Both the position numbers and the translations under genes were made by a program. DNA of 64,000 nucleotides from Hypanus sabinus (lineage: Eukaryota): the NCBI RefSeq assembly GCF_030144855.1, contig NC_082707.1:155372001-155436000 (forward strand), written 5' to 3'. Positions 13,038-26,093 of the stretch are shown in pieces. The first letter of the stretch is position 1. The number at the start of each line of letters is the position of its first letter. Under the pieces are notes generated by a model that saw nothing but the letters and a program-made list of their open reading frames with translations, made no database searches and was not told the DNA's origin.

Positions 13038-14360
13038 AAAAAGGTATTTCTCTATGGCCAAAAGAGAGGGAGAAGCGGTAGTCTCCAAGCCAGGTGGAAA
13101 CACAGAGGGATGAGACCCACCCTACCCAGCATCTTGCTAGCAAACATACAGTCACTAAGAACAAGATTGAGAACCTAAGAGCAAGACTGCTATATTGGAG
13201 GGAAATAAGGAATTGCTGTGTTCTGTTTTTACCAGACATGGCTCACTCTGAACATGCCATATTTAGTGATCAGACCTCAGAACTTCTCGATACACAAGGT
13301 GAACCGAACTGCTGATTTGGAGAAGGCAAAATGTGGGCTCTGTGTTTCATGATAAATTGTCCGTGGTGCTCGGATGTGGCAATTTTATCATACTTTTGTT
13401 TCCCTGACCTGGAACATTAGGTGCCAACCTTTCTACTTTCCAAGAGTGTTCTCCTCCATGATCCTGATCACAGTTTACATACTGCCAAAAGCCAACGGTA
13501 ATTAGATACTGGAAATATTGACTGCTGCCATCACCAAACAAGAAGCAGTCCACCAAAGCATTTCAAATCATATTCTAGGACTTCAATCAGGTTTGTTTGA
13601 AGAAATCTCTCAATTACTATCAGCATATAACCTGCAGCACCAGGGATCCTAACACACTAGACCACTGCTATACTACAATAAGGAATGCCTACCGCTCCAT
13701 GCCCAGACTGTATTTCAGGAAATCTGATCACTTGGCTGTCCTTCTCCAACCCGCATACAAGCAGGGGCTAAACAGCAAGGCTTCAGAGGTAAGGACATTG
13801 AAGAGGTGGTCGCAGGAGGCAGAGGAGTGGCTATGGGATTGCTTCGAATCGGCAGACTTTGTCGTGTTCAAGGACTGATCAAAGTATCTGAATGAATAGA
13901 CCATGGTAGTCATGGACATTATAAATACAGACAGAGATGAGTATTCTCCACAAAATCATTCAGAATCTTCCCCAACCAGAAGCCCTGGATGAACCATGTG
14001 ATCTCTAATCTGCTGAGGACCACATCAATGGCATTCAGGTCTGGTGACCAAGTAAGATACAAGAGGTCCAGGTACAATCTCTGGAAAGCCATCTGATGAG
14101 TGAAGTGGCAATTCTGGACTAAACTTGAGTCACTGAAGTATGCTCGACAGTTGTGGCAACTTAAATGCTATTACTCCTACAAATTGAAACCAAGCAACTT
14201 AGGTGTCAACAAGACTTCACTTCCAGATAAGCGTTCTAAGCTTGCTTTAACCACCAAAACATGGAAGAACCTTCACAAGCCCCCACAGCCTCCACTGAGC
14301 CTGTTATTTCAGTCTCTGAAGCTGATGTGATAGCATCCTTCAGGAGGGTGAATCCAGCCA
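13038..14360 (+). mobile_element. Rex1/Babar LINE fragment (AP endonuclease region)
   Basis: LPSILLANIQSL, YYQHITCSTRDPNTLDHCYTTI and SDHLAVLL are typical Rex1 endonuclease motifs. Confidence 0.85.
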
Positions 14361-14789
14361 AGAGATCAGAGTCATACTGGCAGAGTCCAAGCAAGGGTCA
14401 TTGTCTCCTAAATGAAAGTTACAAGGATGAAGAAACAAGGTCTTTGAAGGATTTTTAAAAATTAACAAATTTTAATTTTAATGTGCTGTGTACTGGAGAT
14501 TAATATAAGTTAACTGTTATTAAGAATAGTGGTAGGAAAAGATGAGAAATAAAAAAGCATGCTGTTGCATAAAAGGACTTCTGTGTCTGAAATATTATAA
14601 AATCTGTAACTATATTTTGGATTCAACATGTTACTAACATTGACAAGCTAGTTTCAGCAAGATAAGAAAAAGCCATAGATAATTTAGAATACATTGCAGA
14701 GACCAAAGACAGTAGTTTTGATCTTTCTGATGTTTAGGTTGAGGAAATTTAAAAGTAATTGAAGGCAATGCTAGTTAAGCAGCTCAAAT

Positions 14790-15460
14790 TTACGTTCAAA
14801 GTACATTTATTATCAAATTATGTATATATTATACAACCTTGAGATTCGTCTCCTTACAGGCAGACACAAAGAAACACAATAGAACCCATTATAAAAATGA
14901 TGGTCAAACAACCAATGCAGAGAGAGAGAAAAAACAAATGTACAAATAAAAGTAAGCAAATAGTATTCAGAATGAAAGTGAGTCTACAGACAAAAGCTAG
15001 GCATCCCTGCAACTGGAGCAGATCACAGCGGAGTAAATGTTGCAGAGCAGCGAACAGTACCGGCCCAATCCTTGCCTCTGGTCCCGACACCCTACCTTTT
15101 CAATCTGGCCTGGCACTTAAATCGTCCAAACATCAGATTGTTCCTTGCTGTAGAACCTGGGGCCTGGTGCACCAATACACTCTGGACCTGGACCTCTTCG
15201 CCACGTTTCAGCCCATACTTGACCTTTCCAAATCAGCCTAGAGCTTAAATTGATCAAACCTTGGGTCTTTCTTCACTCTCTGTTTTAATGGGTGGCTTCA
15301 CCTTCACTCACCTTGACTCTGCCTCACCTCTGGTCGGCTCGATTCAGCCTCGACCTTGCCTCAATTCCGTCTCACACTCGCTCATCTCACCTCTGCCTCT
15401 CCATGGTTTGCAGTGATTGCTTACCAGAAAAGGTGTTATTAATAAAGAATAATAGAGGAC
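14790..15460. repeat. Unclassified interspersed repeat, second copy at about 46820-47160
   Basis: Shared block ata.aaccttgagattc.tctcctt.caggcag.cacaaa...agaa.ccatt and ggccc.tcc.t.gcct..gg.cc.gacacc in both locations. Confidence 0.6.
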
Positions 15461-15869
15461 TTCACCAGCGCCTCTGAAACCAGAACTCTTAATTTACAAC
15501 TCAGAGTGAAAAAAAAAATGGAGGTTTTGGTTTTGATCTCTTTAGCACTCAGGATTTTTTTAAGCAGTTATTTTAAGAAGCTGAAGAGGTAGGAAAGTAT
15601 TGACCAGCTGGCAATAGGTTTAATAATCTGGAGGCCTGATCTGGTGACATGGATTCAAATCTCTCCCCGAGTGCTGTAAATTTGAATTTAAAAAAAAAGT
15701 TGCAATTGCAAAAATGTCAGTCATGATGACAGTTACAAAATCCTATATTGGTACTAATTTCTTTTAGAGAAGAAAGGTATCTCATTTGTGGCTCCAATGC
15801 AGCTGTAATGCAGTTGAGTTCGAACTACTTTCAAAATTTTTTTATTTTATTTATATATTCTTATATCCA

Positions 15870-16390
15870 AGCCAGTAAAAATCTTTATGTTGTGTCTCTT
15901 TCGCAATGTACAAGCAATAAAGAGGGGAAATGTGGGAGATTGTATACATAATTGTTTTGTATACGTGTATGTACAGTCAGATATGCAATCACATTAATGT
16001 GTATTGATAAATCTGATAGCCTGGTGAAAGAGCCTGTTAGTCTTGGCCTTAATGCTGCAGTACAGTTTGCCAAACAGTAGCAGATGAAACAGTTTGTGGT
16101 TCAGGTGGCTCTTTGATGATCCTCTGGGCCCTTTTTACGCATCTGCTGCTGGAAATGTCCTTAATATAGGAAAATTCACATCCACAGATGCGCTGGGCTG
16201 GCCACACCACTCTCTGCAGTGACCTGCGATTGAGGTAGTACAGTTCCCATACCAGGTAATGACATAGCCAGTCATGATGCTCTTGTTGATGCCCTATAGA
16301 AAGTCCTGACGATTTGGGGACTGATGCCAAACTTCTTCAGCCTTCCGAAGTGAAAGAAGTGCTGTTGAGCTTTTTTCACCATACAGCAAT
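15870..16390 (-). mobile_element. Rex1/Babar LINE 3' fragment
   Basis: LQRVVWPAQRICGCEFSYIKDI...CVKRAQRIIK on the minus strand, homologous to 21770-21990. Confidence 0.8.
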
Positions 16391-16599
16391 ACCTTAATAA
16401 CCAAGCTAGCTACACCAAAATGCCATGTCAAAACATAACAAAAATATATCTACATTAAGTTATCTTGATTCTGGTTTCACTAATGATGATTCCAACAAAG
16501 AATTTGTTCCAGATTAACCTGAGATTTATTAACAGTGGAATATTGACATTGCTCAACCTTAGCTGACCACACAAGGAAAAAGTGTTGAGTGCACCAGTG

Positions 16600-18022
16600 A
16601 CACCTCCCTCCCTAACACTCTAAAGAACATTTATGCATACTTCAAGATAGGCAACACACCATCCACAAAAGCTACCCCCTCCCAGGTGAGCAGCCACTGT
16701 CTGTAACAGCAGTAGACACGAGAAGGACTCAGCAAAGAGTCAACCCCCATAAGGCAGCCAGGCCGAGTACTCAGGGAATGTGTACACCAACATACTGACT
16801 TCTTCAACAATTCACTCATCCAGGCTGCTGTCCCTACATGCTACAAATCAGTGACCAAACTACTCTACACCTTCAGAACTAAACGTCTGCTGCCCAGTAA
16901 CACTGACATCAATCAACATGAAATGCTTTGAATGGTTAGCAATAGCACGTATCAAAAATTCCATTACTGCCATGTTGGACACTCGCCAATATGCTTACTG
17001 ACAGAACCGCTCTATGACAGATATCTCTGCCATAGCGTCTATCATGCACCTGGCCCTAACACACCGAGAAAACAAGGACACTTAATTCAGAATGCTGTTT
17101 CTAGATGTCAGTTTGGCTTTCAACATTGTTCACCAAGGTCAGCCCAGCACATCTATGGATGTGAATTTCCCTTTGTTCAGGACATTTACAGGAAGCAGGT
17201 GTGTAAACTCCTACTCCTTGGTCTAAATACACCACTGTCCAACTGGGTGTTGGACTTCCTAACCAACAGACCTCAGACAGTCAAGATGCACAGTTCCTCC
17301 CTCCCAATCATCCTCAACACAGGTGCCCCCCCCACCCAGGGCAGTGTACTGAGCCCTCTGCTGTAAACTCTGCTCACACATGACTGCACAGTCGAACACG
17401 TGAGTAATCACAGTGTCATGTTCGCTGATGACACAACAGTGGTGGGGCTCATCACCAACAAAAATAAGACACTACAAAGAGGAAGTGGAAGAGTTCAAGA
17501 TCTGGTGCCAAGCAAATAATCTCTTCCTTTATGTCAACATGACAAATGAGATGATTGTTGACCTCAGGAGTACTCACACCAATCATACCTCTTATATCAT
17601 CGGCAGAACAGCAGTGGAAACTGCAAACCGTTTCAAACTCCTGGGAGTGCACATCTCACACAATCACATGGTACAATCATGAAAAATCACCAATGCCTCT
17701 ACTTTCTGAGGAGTCTGAAGAGAGACAGACGACACACATCGAAACTGATGACTTTCTACAGATGTACAATATAGAGAGCATCCTAACATGCTGCATCACT
17801 GCATGGTACAGAAACTGCACTACGGTGGATAATTAAAACTGTCCAACACACCACTGGTACCAGCCTACTCGCCTTTCAAGGACATGTATACAGAAAGATC
17901 CGAGAAAAAGGACCAGTAAAATCATGAAAGATCCTATCCAACCTGCTCATGGACTTATTGCCCCACGCCCATTAGGGAGAAGGCTATGAAGCATCCACAT
18001 CAGGACTACTAGACTCAAAAAC
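16600..18022 (+). mobile_element. Degenerate Rex1/Babar LINE (RT domain)
   Basis: [70 protein letters not shown]. Confidence 0.9.
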
Positions 18023-18172
18023 AGTTTATGTTATATATCTGTACTTCAATGCCATCAAACAATATTACTTCTTGGACTTGTCCCATCCACAAAAATGTAA
18101 TTTGATACTACCAAAATTATGTTTTAAACTTAATCAGACATTGTTTTTTTACAATAATCCTTTCGCTATTAC

Positions 18173-18340
18173 CTTGTCCAGCTGTGGAAATATTTGCATT
18201 TGCTTTGGATTTTTGAACAGCAGACTTCATCTTCTGTTGAACCTGAACATCCTTAGACATTGGCACAGGGGCAGACTTGCGAGGCGCTGGGGTCTGCAGT
18301 GAGTTCCCCATGCCAAATGCACCAGGACGACTCTGATAAG
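18173..18340 (-). CDS. KIAA0586: KIAA0586/TALPID3 coding exon (168 nt, phase 1->1; AYQSRPGAFGMGNSLQTPAPRKSAPVPMSKD...TAGQ-G)
   Basis: tttcAG acceptor and AAG|GTAATA donor. Matches TALPID3 SPLETPAPRRFAPVPVSRD motif. Confidence 0.92.
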
Positions 18341-19089
18341 CTGAAATTAAATGCAGAATTTAAGTGCTTATTTATTTTAATTCTTCTTCAAAACTATAAA
18401 TGTGTTAGCCCAAGAAAATAATGCCTTGAATTTCATAACAGCAATATTAATTGTATTTGATTGACTGCTTAACACGTCTGTCTGCAATTAGGGCATGAGT
18501 TTCCAGTCTCTTGCTATTTCAATCCTGCATCAACTCTTTCACCTCATTGTTCTTGCTTTTATAAAGTACAATATCATTGCTCTGAAATATTCCAAAAAAA
18601 TAGTGTATTCCAAACTTTGGGGATTCAAAGATTTAATGTATATCCATGGCTTTAATCTTCTAGATGATGCTTACTCCTTACATTGCATTATCAATATAGC
18701 AAGTTATAACTCATATATAACAGAGAATTTCATGGAGTGAAGTTGATAGGCAACTTTTAAATATGATTATTAAAAGTGGCTTTATGATTCTGCAAACAAC
18801 CAAAATCCTTTCATTCCTGCATTATTAAACATTATAACCACCATTATTTGGAATTTTTAAAAATGCTCAGATAATTTTTGCATAGCTTCCATTTTCACAA
18901 TTACAAGTTACCACTAGTTTATAATAGATAATCACCCAGAACAGACATGTAGCCAATGGATTTCAAAGCATCAAGAAAAAATTTTACAAGAATGCAAATC
19001 TTCCATTTAAGAAATTTCAATATTGATGCAATATTGATCAGTATATAAATAGAAGAGATGTGGCTGCACAAGAGAAAGATTAGCCAAAA

Positions 19090-19500
19090 TTTCCCCTGAA
19101 TTGCAGGACTTCAGTAATGGTGAGAAAAAGGTTATTTATTTTGCCTGGTGTGAAAGAGGATGAGAAGTGATCTGATAGAAGTATATTAAACTATAAGAGG
19201 CAAAGATGGGATCAACATTCAGAATCTTTTTCTTTCTCCTCATGATACAGGCATCAAAAACAAGACAGCATAGCTTTAAGATGAAGGGAAGGAACTTTAA
19301 AAGGGGAGTGAGAGAGTGTTTGACATCTGCAGCACGCTGCCAGCACGGGTAGTGGAATCACACAATTGCTATGTTTGAGAGGCATATATACAGACAATTA
19401 AACAGGCAAAGTATAGAAGGATACATACCATTTCAAACAAATGAGATTAGTATAGATGTGGCAAAAAGTTGGCATGAGTCTGTTTCTGTGCTGTACAACT
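19090..19500 (+). mobile_element. Old CR1 3' fragment
   Basis: Decayed RMRSDLIEVY and RQHSFKMKG motifs plus a CR1-type 3' tail (ctgtttctgtgctgta). Confidence 0.65.
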
Positions 19501-20599
19501 CATGACTAAGACTAAAAGTCTTCCTATGAAACATGACCAAGAGCTATCCTTTCAGCATATGACACCATTAACCAGGATTTTGGCTGATTTTCTTAGTGCT
19601 ATTCCCTTAGAATTCAGAAATCTGTTGATCTTTGTTTTAAATTAACTCAATTATTCAGCCATAGTCCTGCATGATAATAAATCCCAAAAATTGCCATTGT
19701 TACCACTTTCAGGCAATAATGGACCTGAACCAGATCCCACCAGCACCCAACTGTTTACTATATATGTCTTTCCTTACACCTCGCATTTATTGGGAATAAA
19801 TTACATCAATCAATGCATGTTCTGCCATTATTACTTCTTCCCCAATTTGACTGATTTGAAATCAAGTTAAATTTAAGTCAAATCAAGTCATTATGAAATT
19901 CTGTGATTTTTGCTGGTGAATTGAAATCAAATTCTGTGGTTTTATTTGAACAGAAAGCTCTAAGCCATAAATCCTTAAATCATGACATAAGTTCATCACT
20001 CATCTAGCCTAGTAAAACCCAAATCTCCTACAGTTCCCAAACTTGCTCAGTTCCTCAAAAGTCACACCGGGGAATCAGCCTGCAAAATTGCAGGTACAGG
20101 AACAGTTACAAGGGACCACATATAGAGCAATTTATGTAGCATTTGAATAACTTGTTTTCTTTTTTAAAAATTTATTATAAAGTAGTAAGATTTTTTAAAG
20201 TTGTTTCATCAATTCAGAAAGGTCAGGGTCATTGAAAAAGTAATTGGAGGTCTTGTTTAGTTAGGCAGCTGGATAAGCCTTTGGGGATGTAGCTTAGCTA
20301 GCTAAACTGTTTTCTATTTTGTGGATGTGGTCTTCACCTGGAAATTCAACTTTTGGAAGAAACTAAAACTTAACATAATAGTCACACCCAAATGAATCAT
20401 AATAAAACATCCTCATCTTGATAGTGACTATTATAACAATAAGCAACATTAGTTATTTTAATATAAAGTTTCCTATTAATGACCAAACAAACATTCAGCT
20501 AAATTTCAAAATCACTGAGATTCCAAGCCATTTCAACAATACTGAAATAGCTAAAGAAGCAATTGTTCCACATCACATTGAATTGTTTACACTTCTCAC

Positions 20600-20804
20600 C
20601 TTGTGTTGCTATAGGGATGTCAGAAGGCACATGGCTGAGTGATATGTAATTTATGTTGTTGCTGGGCAACTTCTGGAGTCCTTGATTCAGTGTCTGTGCT
20701 TTAGAACATGTTTCTAAACATGGCAACAATGTATCAGAATGTGCTGGAACTGCACCATCTGGGTGAATGTGGCTTGTCTTAAATGCTGAGGTAAACATTC
20801 GTGA
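20600..20804 (-). CDS. KIAA0586: KIAA0586/TALPID3 coding exon (205 nt, phase 0->1; SRMFTSAFKTSHIHPDG...PIATQ)
   Basis: ttttcctgtctttcAG acceptor and AAG|GTGAGA donor. N-terminus resembles TALPID3 THFISAALKTSS. Phases fit both neighbouring exons. Confidence 0.88.
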
Positions 20805-21015
20805 CTGAAAGACAGGAAAAAATTAGAACCAGTAATAGTCACTGCAATGATTCTTTTAACTGAGCAATATATTATATCAGTTTTGCTGCCCTAACTGCCA
20901 GAGCTGGGGTGTTAACATTATAATGCAAAACTCTCCAAAAAAACTCAACATTCCAATGTCAAAGCTCTCACATCCATCGTTTGCATCCTCAATCTCAGTC
21001 AGTGAATCTGTATTG

Positions 21016-22147
21016 CAACAGATGACACAATAGCCACTACTCTACATACCGTCCTTACACATCTAGAGAAGAAGGATGCTTATGTGAGAATGCTGTTCCT
21101 GGACTGCAATTCAGCATTCTACACCATAGTCCCATCCAGGCTTGACAAGAAGCTCAGAGACCTCGGCCTTGACCCTGCCTTGTGTAGCTATATCCTGGAC
21201 TTGCTGTTAGATCGTCAGCAGGTTGAAGAGTGGGTTCCCTCACCTCCACACCCTCTGACTCTCAATACAGGAGCTCCTCTGGGCTGCGTACGGAGTCCCC
21301 TACTTTACTCCCTGTATACCGTGCCTGGTTCACCACCCACAGCTCCAATCTACTAATTAAATTTGCCGACAACACTACATTGATAGGCCTTATCTCAAAC
21401 AATAGCGAGATGGCTGACAGGGAAGAAGTCATCTCTCTGACACAGTGGTGTCAAGAAAACAATCTCTTCCTCAATGTCGCAAAAACAAAGCTGCTGGTAG
21501 AGGATTACAGAAGGAATGGAGACGGGCTAACCCCTACTGACATCAATGGACCTGGGGTTGAGAGGGTAAACAGCTTTAATTTCCTCAGCATCCACGCCAT
21601 CAGCTGTGTGGTGAAAAAGACACAACAGCACCTCTTTCACTTCAGATGGTTGAGGAACTTTGATATGGGTCCTCAAATCCTAAGAACTTTCTTGTTGCAT
21701 GAACTGACTGGCTGCATCACTGCCTGATATGGGAAATGTACTTCCCTTAATCACAGGACTCCACATTGAGTGGTACAGACAGCCCAGCATATCTGTAGTT
21801 GTGAACTTCCCATGATTCAGGACATTTACAAGGACAAGTGTGTAAAAAGGACCCTTAGGATCATTGGGGACCCGAGTCACCCAACCACAATCTATTCCAG
21901 CTGCTACCATCCGGGAAACGGTACTGCAGCACAAAAGCCAGAACCAACAGGCTCTGGAACAGATTCTTCCACCAGGCCATCAGACTGATGAACTCACGCT
22001 GATTTGAGTGGACTCTATATTACATTAACTGTTCTTTTTATTATAAATTACTATGACAGCACATTGCACATTTAGATGGAGATGTAATGTAAAGATTTTT
22101 ACTCATGTGTATGAAGGATGTAAGAAATAAAGTCAATTCAATTCAAT
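21016..22147 (+). mobile_element. Rex1/Babar LINE, RT to 3' tail
   Basis: VRMLFLD.NSAF.TIVP, LNTGAPLGCVRSPLLYSLYT, IKFADNTTLIGLI. Ends AATAAAGT(CAATT)n. Confidence 0.9.
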
Positions 22148-22150
22148 ACA

Positions 22151-23062
22151 GTGAGGGCAGCTTGTTGTTCTTGGTGTCGGACGTGGGAGGTCCTGGAGTC
22201 TCCGAGCCTCCCAGACGTCCACATCTGCGCCAGGTGCACCGAACTGCAGCTCCTGAGGGACTGAGTTAGGGAACTGGAGCTGCAGCTTGATGACCTTCGC
22301 CTGGTCTGGGAGAGTGAGGAGGTGATAGAGAGGAGTTACAGGCAGGTGGTCACTCCGGGGCCATGGGAGGCAGATAGGTGGGTCACGGTCAGGAAGGAGA
22401 AGAGGCAGGTACTAGAGAGTACCCCAGTGGCTGTACCCCTTGACAATAAGTACTCATGTTTGAGTACTATTGGGGGGGACAGCCTACCTGGTGGAAGTGA
22501 CAGTGGCCGGGCCTCCGGCACAGAGGACGGCCCTGTAGCTCAGAAGGGTAGGGATAGAAGAAAGAGGTCCATAGTAATAGGGGACTCGATAGTCAGGGGT
22601 TCAGACAGGCAGTTCTGTAGAGGTGATTGGGAGTCCCGGATGGTAATTTGCCTCCCTGGTGCCAGGGTTCAGGACTTTTCTGATCGCGTCCAAGATATCC
22701 TGAAGTGGGAGGGTGAGGAGCCAGAGGTCGTGGTACATGTAGGTACTAATGACATAGGGAGGAAAGGGGAAGAGGTCCTGAAACGAGAGTATAGGGAGTT
22801 AGGAAGGCAGTTAAGAAGAAGGACCGCAAAGGTAGTAATCTCGGGATTACTGCCTGTGCCACGCGACAGTGAGAGTAGGAATGGAATTAGGTGGAGGATG
22901 AATGCGTGGCTGTGGGATTGGAGCAGGGGGCAGGAATTCAAGTTTCTGGATCATTGGGACCTCTTCTGGGGCAGGTGTGACCTGTTCAAGAAGGACGGGT
23001 TACACTTGAATCCTGGGGGGACCAATATCCTAGTGGCGAGGTTTGCTAGGGCTACAGGGTAG
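22151..23062 (+). pseudogene. CR1 ORF1p (C4 zinc finger, leucine zipper, SGNH/GDSL esterase)
   Basis: In frame with supplied ORF 22322..23062. A single TGA at 22262-22264 (likely CGA>TGA). Esterase blocks GDS, GxND and DxxH are intact. Confidence 0.9.
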
Positions 23063-23085
23063 ACTTTAAACTAGTAAGATGGGGG

Positions 23086-26000
23086 GTGGGGGGCGGGAAT
23101 CAATTTCAGGAAACTATGGGAGAAGAGGTTAGTTCACCAGTAGAGCAAGTAAATAGACTGTGTGTGAGGGAGGAAAGGCAGGTGATGGAGAAGGGATGCG
23201 CTCAGCCCGAAGATGTAGGGGAGAAGAAAGAAAAGGATAATAAATTTGAATGCATTGTTAGGGATGAAAAGAGAGGAGGAGGTGGAGAGTATCTTAAATG
23301 TATCTATTTTAATGCTAGGAGCATTGTAAGAAAGGTGGATGAGCTTAAAGCGTGGATTGATACCTGGAATTATGATGTTGTAGCTATGTGAAACATGGTT
23401 GCAGGAAGGGTGTGATTGGCAACTAAATATTCCTGGATTTAGTTGCTTCAGGTGTGATAGAGTAGGAGGGGCCAGAGGAGGAGGTGTTGCATTGCTTGTC
23501 CGAGAAAATCTTATGGCGGTGCTTTGGAAGGATAGATTAGAGAGCTCCTCTAGGGAGGCTATTTGGGTGGAATTGAGGAATGGGAAAGGTGTAGTAACAC
23601 TGATAGGAGTGTATTATAGGCCACCTAATGGGGAGCATGAGTTGGAAGAGCAAATGTGTAAGGAGATAGCAGATATTTGTAGTAAACACAAGGTGGTGAT
23701 TGTGGGAGATTTTAATTTTCCACACGTAGATTGGGAAGTTCATTCTGTAAAAGGGCTGGATGGTTTAGAGTTTGTGAAATGTGTGCAGGATAGTTTTTTG
23801 CAACAATACATAGAAGTACCGACTGGAGATGGGGCAGTGTTGGATCTCCTGTTAGGGAATGCGATAGGTTAGCTGACAGATGTATGTGTTGGGGAGCATT
23901 TCCAGTGATCACAATAGCATTAGCTTCAACATAATTATGGAGAAGGACAGGACAGGACCTAGAGTTGAGAGTTTTGATTGGAGAAAGGCTAACTTTGAGG
24001 AGATGCAAAGGGATTTAGAGAGAGTGGATTGGGTCAAGTTGTTTTATGGGAAGGATGTAATAGAGAAATGGAGGTCATTTAAGGGTCAAATTATGAGGGT
24101 ACAGAATCTTTATATTCCTGTTAGGTTGAAAGGAAAGGTTAAAGGTTTGAAAGCACCATGGTTTTCAAGGGATATTAGAAATTTGGTTCAGAAAAAGAGG
24201 AATGTCTACAATAGATATAGGCAGCATGGAGTAAAGGAATTGCTTGAGGAATATAAAGAATGTAAAAGGAATCTTAAGAAAGAGATTAGAAAAGCTAAAA
24301 GAAGATACGAGGTTAGTTTAGCAAATAAGGTGAAAGTAAATCCGAAAGGTTTCTACAGATATATTAAAAGCAAGAGGATAGTGAGGGATAAAATTGGCCC
24401 CTTAGAGAATCAGAGTGGTCAGCTATGTGTGGAGCCGAGGGAGATGGGAGAGATTTTGAACGATTTCTTCTCTTCGGTATTCACTAAGGAGAAGGATACT
24501 GAATTGTGTAAGGTGTGGGAAACAAGTAAGGAAGTTATGGAACCTATGACAATTAAAGAGGTGGAAGTACTGGAGCTTTTAAGAAATTTAAAAGTGGATA
24601 AATCTCCAGGTCCTGACAGGATATTCCCCAGGACCTTGAGGGAAGTTTGTGTAGAAATAGCAGGAGCTCTGACGGAGATCTTTAAGATGTCATTAGAAAC
24701 GGGGATTGTGCCGGAGGATTGGCGTATTGCTCATGTGGTTCCATTGTTTAAAAAGGGTTCTAGGAGTAAGCCTAGCAATTATAGACCTGTCAGTTTGACA
24801 TCAGTGGTGGGTAAATTAATGGAAAGTATTCTTAGAGATAGTATTAATAATTAACTGGATAGACAGGATCTGATAAGGAGTAGCCAGCATGGATTTGTGC
24901 GTGGAAGGTCATGTTTGACAAACCTTATTGAATTTTTTGAAGAAGTTACGAGGAATGTTGACGAGGGTAAGGCAGTGGATGTAGTCTATATGGACTTCAG
25001 CAAAGCCTTTGACAAAGTTCCACATGGAAGGTTAATTAAGAAGGTTCAGTCGTTAGGTATTAATGCTGGAATAATAAAATGGATTCAACAGTGGCTAGAT
25101 GGGAGATGCCAGAGAGTAGTGGTGGATAATTGTTTATCGGGATGGAGGCCAGTGACTAGCGGGGTGCCTCAGGGATCTGTTTTGGGCCCAATGTTATTTG
25201 TAATATACATAAATGATCTGGATGATGGGGTGGTACATTGGATTAGTAAGTATGCCGATGATACTAAGGTAGGAGATGTTGTGGATAATGAGGTGGGTTT
25301 TCAAAGCTTGCAGGGAGATTTTTGCCGGTTAGAAGAATGGGCTGAACGTTGGCAGATGGAACTTAATGCTGAGAAGTGTGAGGTTCTACATTTTGGCAGG
25401 AATAATCCAAATAGAACATACAGGGTAAATGGTAGGGCATTGAGGAATGCAGAGGAACAGAGAGATCTAGGAATAACAGTGCATAGTTCCCTGAAGGTAG
25501 AGTCTCATGTAGATAGGGTGGTGAAGAAGGCTTTTGGAACGCTGGCCTTTATAAATCAAAGCATTGGGTACAGAAGTTGGGATGTAATGTTAAAATTGTA
25601 CAAGGCATTGGTAAGGCCAAATTTGGAATATTGTGTCCAGTTCTGGTCACTGAATTATAGGAAAGGTATCAATAAATTAGAGAGAGTGCAGAGACGATTT
25701 ACTAGGATGTTACCTGGGTTTCAGCACTTAAGTTACAGAGAAAGGTTGAACAAGTTAGGTCTCTATTCATTGAAGCGTAGAAGGTTGAGGGGGGATTTGA
25801 TCGAGGTATTTAAAATTTTGAGAGGCATAGATAGAGTTGACGTGAATAGGCTGTTTCCATTGAGAGTAGGGGAGATTCAAACGAGAGGACATGATTTGAG
25901 AGTTAGGGGGCAGAAGTTTAAGGGAAACACGAGGAGGTATTTCTTTACTCAGAGAGTGATGGCTGTGTGGAATGAGCTTCCTGTAGAAGTAGTAGAGGCC

Positions 26001-26093
26001 AGTTCAGTTGTGTCATTTAAGGTAAAATTGGATAGGTATATGGACAGGAAAGGAGTGGAGGGTTATGGGCTGAGTGCGGGTAGGTGGGACTAG
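23086..26093 (+). pseudogene. CR1 ORF2p endonuclease/reverse transcriptase (disrupted)
   Basis: Consecutive ORFs 23086..23391, 23399..23872, 23880..24854 and 24897..26093 reconstruct a complete APE-RT protein. Confidence 0.93.

Noticed and set aside
16480-16522. Minus-strand LEQIL peptide resembling the expected next TALPID3 exon (NVRLLEQIL)
   Set aside because: In-frame TAG follows within six codons, and the nearby AG gives the wrong phase (immediate TAA in phase 1).
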